61,947 nt of DNA from NCBI GenBank assembly GCA_041493915.1, contig JBGPZT010000001.1, positions 1-61,947 of the forward strand, read 5' to 3'. The notes beneath the pieces were generated by a model. The model saw only the letters and a list, made by a program, of their open reading frames with translations, was not told where the DNA came from and did no database searches. Positions 45,719 through 54,737 of this stretch are shown piece after piece (within the stretch, counting starts at the first letter, position 1; each line of letters starts with the position of its first letter). Source of the stretch: Candidatus Limnocylindria bacterium. Lineage in GTDB: Bacteria; Chloroflexota; Limnocylindria; P2-11E. The translations under genes and the position numbers were made by a program.

Positions 45719-46759
45719 ATGAGAAGGTTCATCGCCGGCGCGGCAGCGCTCGTCGCAGCGTTCGCCGTGAGCACCCAGCCGGCCGCCGCATGCGCGGGCC
45801 TGATCGGCCCCAACGGCGCGGTCAACCTGCTCCGCACGACGACATTCGCGGGCTACCACGACGGCATCGAGCACTACGTCACGGCGTTCAAGTTCCAGGG
45901 CGGTAGCGGGCAGTTCGGCTCGCTCGTTCCGCTCCCGGGTGTTCCGACCTCGGTCGAGAAGGGCGGCGACTGGACGCTCCAGCGCCTGATCCGTGAGACC
46001 GACCCGGTCAAGCTCCTTCGTGCGCCCGTCGCGTTCGGCGCCGCCGCGCGCGAGGACGCGGTGGTCCTCATGCAGGTGAAGATCGACGCGCTCGACATCA
46101 CGGTCCTCAGCGGCGGCGGCGAGTCCGTCGGACGTTGGGCCACCGAGCACGGCTTCCGTCTTCCGCCGGACGCCCCCGAGGTCCTCGACTTCTACGCCGC
46201 GCGCAGCCCGATCTTCATGGCGGCGGTCTTCGACGCCGACGCCGCGAAGGCCAAGGGCCAGAACATCGGCGACGGCACGCCGGTCCACATCACGATCCCG
46301 ACCGCGAACCCGTGGGTGCCGCTGCGCATCCTCAGCACCGGCAAGAACGCCGCTGACCGCATCGAAGCCGACGTGTACCTGCTCACCGATCGCAAGCCCG
46401 TGCTCCTCCCCGCGCCGTTCGCGAACGGCATGCAGCTCGAGCACAGTGCGACCGCGTCAGAGTCGCTCTTGAATGACCTCCGTTCCGACAAGGGCATGGA
46501 CTGGGTACCGGAAATGGCCTGGCTGACCAAGATCGGCATCAACGCGGCCGCGAGCCAGCTCACCTACGACCTCGCGGTCAGTGCGAACGGCACCGTGCCG
46601 TCGCGCGTCGCTGCGGGTCTCGAGGCTCCCGCCAACCCGACGACCCCCGCGACCAACGCTCCTTCGAACCAGCCGATCGCCCTCGTGGGCATCGCGATCC
46701 TCGGTCTCGGCACGCTCCTGCTCATCGGGCGTATTGCCCCCCGGTCGGTCGCGCCGTGA
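45719..46759 (+). CDS. secreted protein with C-terminal TM anchor (possibly DUF2330 family)
   Basis: Signal peptide ending AAACAG, about 290 aa of soluble domain, a Pro/Thr linker and the anchor IALVGIAILGLGTLLLIG. The family assignment is from memory only. Confidence 0.6.
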   Translation: MRRFIAGAAALVAAFAVSTQPAAACAGLIGPNGAVNLLRTTTFAGYHDGIEHYVTAFKFQGGSGQFGSLVPLPGVPTSVEKGGDWTLQRLIRETDPVKLLRAPVAFGAAAREDAVVLMQVKIDALDITVLSGGGESVGRWATEHGFRLPPDAPEVLDFYAARSPIFMAAVFDADAAKAKGQNIGDGTPVHITIPTANPWVPLRILSTGKNAADRIEADVYLLTDRKPVLLPAPFANGMQLEHSATASESLLNDLRSDKGMDWVPEMAWLTKIGINAAASQLTYDLAVSANGTVPSRVAAGLEAPANPTTPATNAPSNQPIALVGIAILGLGTLLLIGRIAPRSVAP

Positions 46760-47154
46760 GGCAAGTGATCGTGGCGCTCGCGCTCGCGGCATTCGCCGCG
46801 AGCGCCTGCGCCACGGCGCAGGCCGCGATGCCGACGCAGGTCGGCGTCCGGATCCACTACTCGCGCTTCGAGCCCAACACCATCGAGGTCCCCGCGGGTG
46901 TGCCAATCACGTTCACGATCGTGAACGACGACCCCATCGACCACGAATGGCTCATCGGGGACGCGGCGTTCCACGCCCGTCATCGCACCGGCACCGAGAC
47001 CGCGCACGGCGACAGGCCGGACGAGGTCTCGCTTCCTCCGATGTCGATCAAACAGACGACGCTCACCTTCGCCCCGGGAACGTACACGTACATCTGCCAC
47101 TTCCCAGGGCACGAGGCCTACGGGATGGTCGGAGTGCTCGTCGCCAAGGGCTGA
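46756..47154 (+). CDS. cupredoxin (type-1 blue copper) lipoprotein
   Basis: GTGA overlap with the upstream gene. Lipobox FAASAC. Copper ligands: His in IDHEW and C-x4-H-x4-M in YICHFPGHEAYGM. Confidence 0.8.
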   Translation: MRQVIVALALAAFAASACATAQAAMPTQVGVRIHYSRFEPNTIEVPAGVPITFTIVNDDPIDHEWLIGDAAFHARHRTGTETAHGDRPDEVSLPPMSIKQTTLTFAPGTYTYICHFPGHEAYGMVGVLVAKG

Positions 47155-47176
47155 TCGTCGCCCGACACGCGATCGG

Positions 47177-48316
47177 TCAGCGGCTCTGCAGCACCGGATC
47201 GAGACTCTGATCGCCCGAGATCACGTACTCCTTGGAGAGCAGGTCCGGGTCACTCGGATACCGCGCCCAATTCCTGAAGCGCACCGTGGTGCTCGGAAGG
47301 CTGATCGAGAAGTGCCCGACGCCGTCGCTGCGTCCGTTGCACCACCCGCAGATGAACTGCGTGTCGGTGGGGATCACGCCGAAGTCTGTGTCGGGGAGCG
47401 GCTTGCCCGCTGCGTCCCGAAGGGTGCCGCTCACGATGTTGCCGCGGTCGAGCGTCACGATCAGATCCGTCCGGTCCGCGCGCAGATCAAGATCGATCGT
47501 TGCCCACACTGGGCCCGTCCTCCCGGTTGCACTGACGTCGAGCGTCACGGCCATCGCCACGTGCGAGAGGTTGAACCTGCCGAAGACGTCCGTCGTCCCT
47601 CCGTCGAACGGAAACTGGATCCCGGCGACGTACCGCGAGAGCGATAACTGGGCGTTGGGCACACCAACGCCGTCTCGTCCGACGACACGGCCCGCGATCT
47701 TGACGCTAGGGAGCATCGCGATGTCGGCGACCGCGGAGTTGCCGCTGACGACGAGATCCCTCCCGAAGCCGATGACAAATCCGTCGCCGTACCAGGTGAC
47801 CCACGTGAACCCGTCACCGAAGTCCGTGACCGGATTGCCGTAGTCGCGGTACGCGCCGACTCGGTATGTGCCGGGCGGCAGGGCGACCTGGTAGACGCCG
47901 CGGTCGTTGGTCGTTGCCTTGCCGCTCTCGGGCGGCATCGGCGTCGGCCCGTGATTCATCGAGTCCGATGGATAGACCATGACCTGTGCCCCGCGCACGG
48001 GAGTTCCACCCTTAGTCACCGTTCCGGTGAGCAATGTCTTGATTCCGGTGAAGGGGGTGCTGATCGGCGTGGGGACGACCGTCCGAGCTGCGGGGACTGT
48101 CGGTGTCGTCGGCGGGGACGGCTTGAGGGCGGGTGTCCCGGTCGGCACCGGCGACGGCGGTACGGACGGCTGAACGGTGGGGCCACTCGCTGCCTGACCT
48201 GTTGCGAGCTGCTCGCGCGCGGTGCGGAGCTGAGCTCCGAGAACGAGACCCGCGGCGATGATCGAAACGCCGAGCACGCCGCGCAGCAGGAGACCGAGCT
48301 CATTCACTTTCCGCAT
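47177..48316 (-). CDS. membrane-anchored protein with three carboxypeptidase-regulatory-like (prealbumin-fold) repeats
   Basis: N-terminal anchor, a Pro-rich linker, and repeats of the form G(T/R)V..G.PV.GAQV (TGTVTKGGTPVRGAQV, IAGRVVGRDGVGVPNAQL, VSGTLRDAAGKPLPDT). Confidence 0.6.
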   Translation of the reverse strand: MRKVNELGLLLRGVLGVSIIAAGLVLGAQLRTAREQLATGQAASGPTVQPSVPPSPVPTGTPALKPSPPTTPTVPAARTVVPTPISTPFTGIKTLLTGTVTKGGTPVRGAQVMVYPSDSMNHGPTPMPPESGKATTNDRGVYQVALPPGTYRVGAYRDYGNPVTDFGDGFTWVTWYGDGFVIGFGRDLVVSGNSAVADIAMLPSVKIAGRVVGRDGVGVPNAQLSLSRYVAGIQFPFDGGTTDVFGRFNLSHVAMAVTLDVSATGRTGPVWATIDLDLRADRTDLIVTLDRGNIVSGTLRDAAGKPLPDTDFGVIPTDTQFICGWCNGRSDGVGHFSISLPSTTVRFRNWARYPSDPDLLSKEYVISGDQSLDPVLQSR

Positions 48317-48359
48317 CCGTACGATGAGAACACGAGCCGGTCGCGGCGTTTGTAACGAA

Positions 48360-48440
48360 TCAGGGAATGACTCGCGACGCGATCAGCGTAGGCGTGAACG
48401 CGGCAAGGACCAGGATCAGGTAAAGCAGGAGGCGCCGCAT
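48360..48440 (-). CDS. possible 26-aa hydrophobic micro-peptide downstream of dnaK
   Basis: GGGAGGA lies 7 nt before the ATG. MRRLLLYLILVLAAFTPTLIASRVIP. Very short, with no other support. Confidence 0.3.
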   Translation of the reverse strand: MRRLLLYLILVLAAFTPTLIASRVIP

Positions 48441-48504
48441 GGAGTCATCCTCCCGCGGCGCCTCTTCCTGCGCGTCTGAGTTCGCTCGCGCGAACTCGTA
48501 TGCG

Positions 48505-50433
48505 TCAGCTCTGCTCTTTGAACTCGCCCTCGATGGTGTCCCCGTCCTTCTTGTCGCCTTTGTCGCCGGCCGTCGCACCCGCGGGCTCTCCCTCGGGCTG
48601 CGGCTGGCCGTTGTCTGAGGGCGGCTGCTGCTGCTTGCTCATGGCCTCGCCGATCTTCAGCGAGGCCTGCCGCAGCTCCTCCATCGCGGTCTTGATCCTC
48701 TGCGTATCGTCGCCCTTGAGCGTCTCGCGCAGCGCGGCGATCTTCTCCTCGACATCCTTCTTGATGTCGGCGGGGGCCTTGTCGCCGAGGTCACGGAGCG
48801 TCTTCTCGATCTGGTAGGCGAACGTGTCCGCTTCGTTGCGGGTCTGGATCTGCTCGACGTTGCGGCGGTCCTCCTCGGCGTGCGCCTGCGCGTCCTTTAC
48901 CAGCCTCTCGACCTCGTCCTTGCTGAGGCCGCTCGAGGCGGTGATCGTGACGTGCTGCTCCTTACCGCTCGCCTTGTCCTTCGCCTTGACATTGAGGATC
49001 CCGTTCGCGTCGATGTCGAACGTCACCTCGATCTGCGGGACGCCGCGCGGAGCCGGCGGGATACCGTCGAGGATGAAACGCGCCAGGCTCTTGTTGTCCG
49101 CGGCGAGCTCGCGCTCGCCCTGGACGACCACGATCTCCACCTGGGTCTGGCCGTCGCTGGCCGTGGTGAAGATCTGCGACTTGGACGTCGGGATGGTGCT
49201 GTTGCGCTCGATGAGCTTGGTGGCCACGCCACCCAGTGTCTCGATGCCGAGCGACAGTGGCGTGACGTCGAGGAGCAGGATGTCCTTCACCTCGCCCTTG
49301 AGCACGCCGGCCTGGATCGCGGCACCAACGGCCACGACCTCGTCGGGGTTCACGCTCTTGTTCGGCTCTTTGCCGAACAGCTTCTTCACGGTCTCGACCA
49401 CGAGCGGCATGCGCGTCATGCCGCCGACGAGGACGACCTCGTCGATCTTGTCGGGCCTCACGCCGGCATCGGCCAGCGCCTTCTTGACCGGACCGGTCGT
49501 CTTCTCGACGAGGTCGCCGACGAGCTGCTCGAGCTTGCTCCGCGTGAGCGTGATGACGAGGTGCTTGGGACCGGCCTGGTCCGCCGTGATGAACGGCAGG
49601 TTTATCTCGGTCTGCTGCGTGCTCGAGAGCTCGATCTTCGCCTTCTCGGCGGACTCCTTGAGACGCTGGAGGGCCATGCGGTCATTCTTCAGATCGATGC
49701 CCTGGTCCTTCTTGAACTCCTCGATCAGCCAATCGATGATCCGCACGTCGAAATCGTCGCCACCGAGGTGCGTGTCACCGTTCGTGGCCTTGACCTCGAA
49801 CACGCCCTCACCGAGCTGCAGGATCGAGATGTCGAAGGTGCCGCCGCCCAGGTCGTACACGGCGACCAGCTCGTCCTTCTTCTTGTCGAGCCCGTAGGCC
49901 AGCGCGGCCGCGGTGGGCTCGTTGATGATGCGCAGGACCTCGAGACCGGCGATCTGGCCGGCGTCTTTGGTGGCCTGACGCTGGCTGTCGTCGAAGTACG
50001 CGGGGACGGTGATGACCGCCTGCGTGACCTTGTCGCCGAGGAACGCCTCGGCGTCGGTCTTCAGCTTGCCGAGGATCATCGCCGAGACCTCAGGCGCCGT
50101 GAGCTTGCGGCCGTCGGCGAGGCCGACGTCGACGCCGCCGTTGCCCGCCTGCTGGACCTTGTACGGGACCTGCTTCATCGATCGCTGCACCTCGGGGTCG
50201 GTGAAACGCCGACCCATGAAGCGCTTGATCGAGTAGATCGTGTTCTCGGGGTTCGTGATCGCCTGTCGCTTCGCGACCTGGCCGACCAGACGTTCCCCGC
50301 TCTTGGTGAACGCGACGACGGACGGCGTGATCCGTCCACCCTCGGCGTTCGGGATGATCGTGGGCTCCCCACCTTCCATGTACGCGACGGCCGAGTTCGT
50401 GGTACCCAGGTCGATTCCAATCACCTTTGGCAT
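48505..50433 (-). CDS. dnaK: chaperone DnaK (Hsp70)
   Basis: [17 protein letters not shown]...DLGGGTFD... over the full length. Begins at Met82 of the track ORF, with AAGGAG upstream. Confidence 0.97.
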   Translation of the reverse strand: MPKVIGIDLGTTNSAVAYMEGGEPTIIPNAEGGRITPSVVAFTKSGERLVGQVAKRQAITNPENTIYSIKRFMGRRFTDPEVQRSMKQVPYKVQQAGNGGVDVGLADGRKLTAPEVSAMILGKLKTDAEAFLGDKVTQAVITVPAYFDDSQRQATKDAGQIAGLEVLRIINEPTAAALAYGLDKKKDELVAVYDLGGGTFDISILQLGEGVFEVKATNGDTHLGGDDFDVRIIDWLIEEFKKDQGIDLKNDRMALQRLKESAEKAKIELSSTQQTEINLPFITADQAGPKHLVITLTRSKLEQLVGDLVEKTTGPVKKALADAGVRPDKIDEVVLVGGMTRMPLVVETVKKLFGKEPNKSVNPDEVVAVGAAIQAGVLKGEVKDILLLDVTPLSLGIETLGGVATKLIERNSTIPTSKSQIFTTASDGQTQVEIVVVQGERELAADNKSLARFILDGIPPAPRGVPQIEVTFDIDANGILNVKAKDKASGKEQHVTITASSGLSKDEVERLVKDAQAHAEEDRRNVEQIQTRNEADTFAYQIEKTLRDLGDKAPADIKKDVEEKIAALRETLKGDDTQRIKTAMEELRQASLKIGEAMSKQQQPPSDNGQPQPEGEPAGATAGDKGDKKDGDTIEGEFKEQS

Positions 50434-50438
50434 GTTCG

Positions 50439-51017
50439 CTACTCCTTCTTCTTGGCGACCGTGACCAACGCTGGGCGGATGACCCGGTCGTGCAGTCGGT
50501 ACGCCTTTTGATGTTCTTCGATGACGGTGCCCTCCGGCGCGTCGGACTCGACGTGGGCGACCGCTTGGTGGAGGTACGGATCGAATGTTTTGCCGAGCGA
50601 GTCGATCGGTTCGAGGCCCTCGGACTCGAGGACCCTGCGCAGCTTGCGCTCCACGAGCCACATCCCTTCGACCCACGGCTGACCCTTCACTTCTTCCGGC
50701 ACGGTCCCAAGCGCGCGGTCGTAGCCGTCGAGAACGTCGAGCAGCTTCGCGATGAGATCTGCCTTCGCGAACTTGGCGAACTCGTTCCGCTCGGCTTCGT
50801 TGCGCTTGCGGTAATTCGCGAAGTCCGCTGTCATTCGCTTGAGATCGTTGGTGAGCTCCTCCACCTTGACCGTCTCGGCCCTCGCGTCGGCTGTCACAGG
50901 CCGTTCGGCCTCGACGTCGGCGACCACGCCGTGCGTATCGCCGTGCGTTTCACCGTTGGTCCGCGCACTGCGGCGCTCTTCGAGCAGCTCCTCTGCCTTT
51001 CGTGCTTTGTCGTCCAT
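50439..51017 (-). CDS. grpE: nucleotide exchange factor GrpE
   Basis: ADFANYRKR...FDPYLHQAV...[14 protein letters not shown]. Confidence 0.9.
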   Translation of the reverse strand: MDDKARKAEELLEERRSARTNGETHGDTHGVVADVEAERPVTADARAETVKVEELTNDLKRMTADFANYRKRNEAERNEFAKFAKADLIAKLLDVLDGYDRALGTVPEEVKGQPWVEGMWLVERKLRRVLESEGLEPIDSLGKTFDPYLHQAVAHVESDAPEGTVIEEHQKAYRLHDRVIRPALVTVAKKKE

Positions 51018-51020
51018 GCC

Positions 51021-52067
51021 CTACTGACCCTCCATGACGCGAACGAGATCGCTCATCAGCGAACCGACGTAGCGCACTGCGCCGATGGTGCGCGCGTAAT
51101 CCATGCGCGTAGGTCCAACGACGCCGACATATCCGAGGTACTCCGTGCCGGTCCCGTAGCGTCCGAACACGAGACTGCAGTCACGGAGGGGCTCCAGCCG
51201 GTGCTCGCTGCCGATCGCGACGTGCACCTCGTCATCGCCCAGCGTCGGCGGCAGCAGGTCGATGAGACGCGTGCGGTCCTCGAGGAGGCGCAGCATGTCG
51301 CGCATCCGGCCACCCGCCGCGAACTCCGGTTGCGCGAGGATGTTCTGGATCCCGTCGGTGTAGACGTCGTGGGTCCGCGCCGCGTCGTGCTCGTCGAGCG
51401 CGCGCGCGATCGCCGCGGCAACTTCCGCGTCGACGCCGGTCTCGTCAGCGCCCGCGCTCCGAACACCCTTGGCGTCGCGCAGCGCGAGCGACTCGGTGAG
51501 GCGCGCTGAGAGCGAGCGCAGATGGTCCGGTGTCGTCGCGACGCGGAGCTCGAGGAGCTGCTGCGCCACGGCGCCGCCTTCGAAGACGACGACGACCAGC
51601 GCGCGCCGCTCGCTGATCGGGACCACCTCGACGTGCCGCAGCATCGCGCGGCCGGTCGCCGGCGGCGTGACGATGGCGGCCTCGGTCGTGAGGCGCGCGA
51701 GCGTCGAGGCCGCGAGTCGGAGCCACTCCGACGTGTTCGAGAGCGCCTGCTGGAACTGGTGGCTCACGGTGAGCTGCTCCTCCGGTTGGAGCCCGGGCCG
51801 TGGCATCAGGCTCTCGATGAAATAGCGATAGCCGAGATCGGTCGGCACGCGGCCGGCCGAGGTATGCGGGTGCGTGAGCAGCCCGAGCTCCTCGAGCGCC
51901 GCGAGCTCGTTCCGCACCGTCGCCGACGAGACGTCGAGGTGGTACTGGCGGACGAGCGCCCCCGACGCCACCGGCTGGGCCGTGACGATGTACTCGCGGA
52001 TGACGGCGCGCAGCAGGTCGCGCTGCCGGTCGCCAAGCTGCGGGAGCTGATCGGTCTTCTTGGGCAT
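51021..52067 (-). CDS. hrcA: heat-inducible transcription repressor HrcA
   Basis: LLRAVIREYI..AQPVASGAL...SSATVRNELAALEELGLL.HPHTSAGR.PT. ATG is at residue 3 of the track ORF. Confidence 0.9.
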   Translation of the reverse strand: MPKKTDQLPQLGDRQRDLLRAVIREYIVTAQPVASGALVRQYHLDVSSATVRNELAALEELGLLTHPHTSAGRVPTDLGYRYFIESLMPRPGLQPEEQLTVSHQFQQALSNTSEWLRLAASTLARLTTEAAIVTPPATGRAMLRHVEVVPISERRALVVVVFEGGAVAQQLLELRVATTPDHLRSLSARLTESLALRDAKGVRSAGADETGVDAEVAAAIARALDEHDAARTHDVYTDGIQNILAQPEFAAGGRMRDMLRLLEDRTRLIDLLPPTLGDDEVHVAIGSEHRLEPLRDCSLVFGRYGTGTEYLGYVGVVGPTRMDYARTIGAVRYVGSLMSDLVRVMEGQ

Positions 52068-52093
52068 TAGCACTCTCCCCTCGAGAGTGCTAA
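52067..52093. promoter_or_regulatory. CIRCE operator (HrcA binding site)
   Basis: TTAGCACTC-tcccctcga-GAGTGCTAA is a perfect 9-N9-9 inverted repeat matching the CIRCE consensus. Its promoter-distal end overlaps the hrcA ATG by 1 nt. Confidence 0.9.
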
Positions 52094-52212
52094 AAGCGTA
52101 TCAAGGCTCGCCCGCCGTCGTCAAGCAGATAATGCTCGATCTCTCGGCCGTTCGCCTGGCACCCAGCGTGCTCGATTGCCTCCCGCGACCTAGGCGTGGA
52201 GGTTCCAACCAC

Positions 52213-52644
52213 ATGTTGTCGGAGTTCAAGGGGTTCCTGCTCAAAGCGAATGTGCTCGCGCTGGCTCTCGCGTTCATCGTCGGCGTCGCGCTGGCGGCCG
52301 TGGTCAACTCGCTCGTCAAGGACATCCTGATGCCGCCGGTCGGGCTGCTCTTGGGAGGGGTCGATTTCAACAACCTCTTCATCGACCTGTCGGGAAAGAG
52401 CTACCCGAGCCTCAAGGCGGCGCAGGATGCCGGCGCGGCGACGATCAACTACGGCGTGTTCATCAACACGGTGATCACGTTCATCATCGTCGCGTTCGTG
52501 GTGTTCCTGATCGCGAGGTCGTTCGTGCCGAAGGGCGCACCCACGAAGATCTGCGCCTTCTGCGGCGAGGAGATCCTCGCGTCGGCAACGCGCTGCCGCT
52601 ACTGCACCAGCCAGCTAGCGACGACAGAACCGCGAAGGGCATAG
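52213..52644 (+). CDS. mscL: large-conductance mechanosensitive channel with Cys4 C-terminal tail
   Basis: MLSEFKGFLLKANVLALALAFIVG...VKDILMPP.G...INYG.FIN..I.F.I.AF..F is the MscL core. The C-terminus reads CAFCGEEILASATRCRYC. Confidence 0.9.
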   Translation: MLSEFKGFLLKANVLALALAFIVGVALAAVVNSLVKDILMPPVGLLLGGVDFNNLFIDLSGKSYPSLKAAQDAGAATINYGVFINTVITFIIVAFVVFLIARSFVPKGAPTKICAFCGEEILASATRCRYCTSQLATTEPRRA

Positions 52645-52680
52645 CTCGCACGGCCGTCGGCGAGTCATCGCGCGCCTTGC

Positions 52681-53067
52681 TCAGACCGGCGTCGGGGCGA
52701 TCAGCGCGCGCACCCGGCCGACAAGGTCATCGAGCTCGAACGGCTTGGTGACGTAGTCGGCCGCGCCGAGCTCCGTCGCGTAGTTGCGCTCGGACAGGCC
52801 GAACATCGCGGTCACGACGACCACCGGCATCTTGGCGATCCGGCCATCCGAACGCAGCTCGCGCAGCACCGAGAAGCCGTCGCGCCTCGGCATCATGAGG
52901 TCCAGGACCATACAGGACGGCTCGAGCGAATCGACCAACCGCATCGCCTCGTCCCCGTCGCTCGCGAGCTTGGAGTCGAGCCCGTCGTCTCGCAGCGCCG
53001 TGACGATCACGTCGCCCAGAGCGGGATCGTCCTCGACCACGAGCACGAGTGGACGCCTGCGCGCCAT
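52681..53067 (-). CDS. stand-alone receiver-domain response regulator (CheY-like)
   Basis: LVLVVEDD...VLDLMMPRRDG...VVVVTA...ADYVTKPF. No output domain. TGATG junction with the crp-like gene. Confidence 0.85.
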   Translation of the reverse strand: MARRRPLVLVVEDDPALGDVIVTALRDDGLDSKLASDGDEAMRLVDSLEPSCMVLDLMMPRRDGFSVLRELRSDGRIAKMPVVVVTAMFGLSERNYATELGAADYVTKPFELDDLVGRVRALIAPTPV

Positions 53068-53744
53068 CAGACTCGGATCTCCTTCGCCAGCCGATCGGGA
53101 TCGATGATGACGATGTGGCGGCGGCGGATGCCGATGATCTCGCGCCGCTCGAGGTCGCCGAGCACGCGATTCACCGACACCCGCGACGCGCCGATGAAGG
53201 CGGCCAGCTCGTCCTGCGTGAGCGTGAGCTCTAGCTTGGCATTGCCGTCGACCTGCGCCAGATCCAGGAGATACTTCGCCACCCGGCTCGGCACATCCAG
53301 GAAGATGAGGTCCTCGACCCGATCCGACAGCCGCCGGATCGTCTTCGCGAGAGCATCCAGCACGACGCGGACGGCCGCCGGATGCGCTTCGAGGAACGTC
53401 AGGAAGTCGTCGCGCGCGAGGAGCGCGGCCCTGGTGTCCTCAAGCGCCGTCGCCGACGCCGAGCGCGGGCTCCCGTCGAACAGCGCGAGCTCTCCGAAGA
53501 AGTCGCCGACCCGCATGATCGAGACGAGAGCCTCCTGACCGAACTCGCCCGGTAGCGCGATCTTCACCGCGCCGGCGAGCACGACGTACAGATGCATGCC
53601 GGGGTCGTCCTTGCGGAACAGCGCCTCGCCGCGCTTGAACGACCGCATGCGCATCCGCTCCGCAAGCTGCGCGACTTCGGCGTCGGCGAGCTTGGCAAAT
53701 AGCGGATAGCGCCGCAGATGGTCCGGGAGACGTGTCTCCGGCAC
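53067..53744 (-). CDS. Crp/Fnr family transcriptional regulator
   Basis: CNB domain (FFGELALFDGSPRSASATA) plus HTH (TQDELAAFIGASRVSVNRVL). GTG is at residue 203 of the track ORF. An ATG alternative lies at 53810. Confidence 0.85.
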   Translation of the reverse strand: MPETRLPDHLRRYPLFAKLADAEVAQLAERMRMRSFKRGEALFRKDDPGMHLYVVLAGAVKIALPGEFGQEALVSIMRVGDFFGELALFDGSPRSASATALEDTRAALLARDDFLTFLEAHPAAVRVVLDALAKTIRRLSDRVEDLIFLDVPSRVAKYLLDLAQVDGNAKLELTLTQDELAAFIGASRVSVNRVLGDLERREIIGIRRRHIVIIDPDRLAKEIRV

Positions 53745-53819
53745 GGCCGCGATTCTAGGTTTTCGACCACTCCGCGTATCCCGTTCTGTCCTTGACGAGC
53801 GTGCGAGCATCGACCGCCC

Positions 53820-54737
53820 ATGGACGGCGAGAGGGCGGTCCGCACCGGCGAGGCGTACGTCTCGGGCGCGCTCACCGCGCCCCTGGACGGCGCACGCATG
53901 CGGCTCTTCTACGAGCTGCTGGCCGAGGTGGTGGAGTCGGTGGGCCTCCGCGCCTACCTTCCCCACCGCGTCAGCGATCCCGTGGCCGCCGCCCATCTGG
54001 AACCGCGCGCCGTGTACGACATCGACCGCGCGCACGTGACCTCGGCGCGCGTCGTCGTGGCGTATGCCGGTATCCCTTCCTTCGGCGTCGGCATCGAGGT
54101 CGAGCTCGCGCGCGAGCACGCCGTGCCGGTCGTCCTCGTGGTCGAGCGCGAGCGCACGGTCTCGCGACTGCTCCTCGGCAATCCCGCGGTGGTGGAGGTC
54201 GTTCGCTTCGTCGACCTCGACGGCCTGCGCCGCGGCCTCGCGGCGGCACTCGAACGCATCGCCGCCGCGGCGCCCGGGGACGCCATGCCCACGGTGTCCG
54301 ACGACGTCGTTGTCCAGCGCTTCCTCGCCTCGCTCGAGCAGGCGCGGCACCTCCCCGACGGCGAGATCGCCGCGCTCCTGCGCATCGGCGAGCTCGACGG
54401 CGAGGCTGCATCGACGATCCGCGACGCCGTGGCGACCGGACGGCTATTCGGCGCGGGCCTGCGCGACCTCGTCGGTCGACACGCGCTCCGCGGTGCCGAC
54501 CTCGGCGTCTTCGTGCTGCGGGACGTGCTCGAGCGTTCGCCTGCCGAGACCGCGCGCGCGATCGGCCTCGATCCGCGCGCGACACGAAAGCGTCTTGAGA
54601 ACGCGCGCACGCGGGTGGGCCTCGCGGCTGACGCGCCGGGCGCCGACATCGCACAATGGCTCGTGACCGAGCTGATCGCCCCGCCGACGCGGGCGCTGCA
54701 GCTTCATCTATTCAGTGGAGGGCAGGGAACCGCATGA
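53820..54737 (+). CDS. fusion protein: nucleoside 2-deoxyribosyltransferase-like N-domain plus sigma-70 region-4-like HTH
   Basis: N-terminus: AYVSGAL...LRAYLPH...VVVAYAGIPSFGVGIEVELAREHAVPVVLV (NDT/DUF4406-like pattern). C-terminus: FVLRDVLERSPAETARAIGLDPRATRKRLENARTRV (ECF sigma r4-like). Opposite-strand ORFs here are Arg/Ala/Pro artefacts. Confidence 0.6.
   Translation: MDGERAVRTGEAYVSGALTAPLDGARMRLFYELLAEVVESVGLRAYLPHRVSDPVAAAHLEPRAVYDIDRAHVTSARVVVAYAGIPSFGVGIEVELAREHAVPVVLVVERERTVSRLLLGNPAVVEVVRFVDLDGLRRGLAAALERIAAAAPGDAMPTVSDDVVVQRFLASLEQARHLPDGEIAALLRIGELDGEAASTIRDAVATGRLFGAGLRDLVGRHALRGADLGVFVLRDVLERSPAETARAIGLDPRATRKRLENARTRVGLAADAPGADIAQWLVTELIAPPTRALQLHLFSGGQGTA

Noticed and set aside
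41010-48316. The dnaK-dnaJ intervening block as a mobile genomic island.
   Set aside because: I could see no integrase, transposase, tRNA target, terminal repeats or obvious compositional break. I report it only as a synteny interruption.
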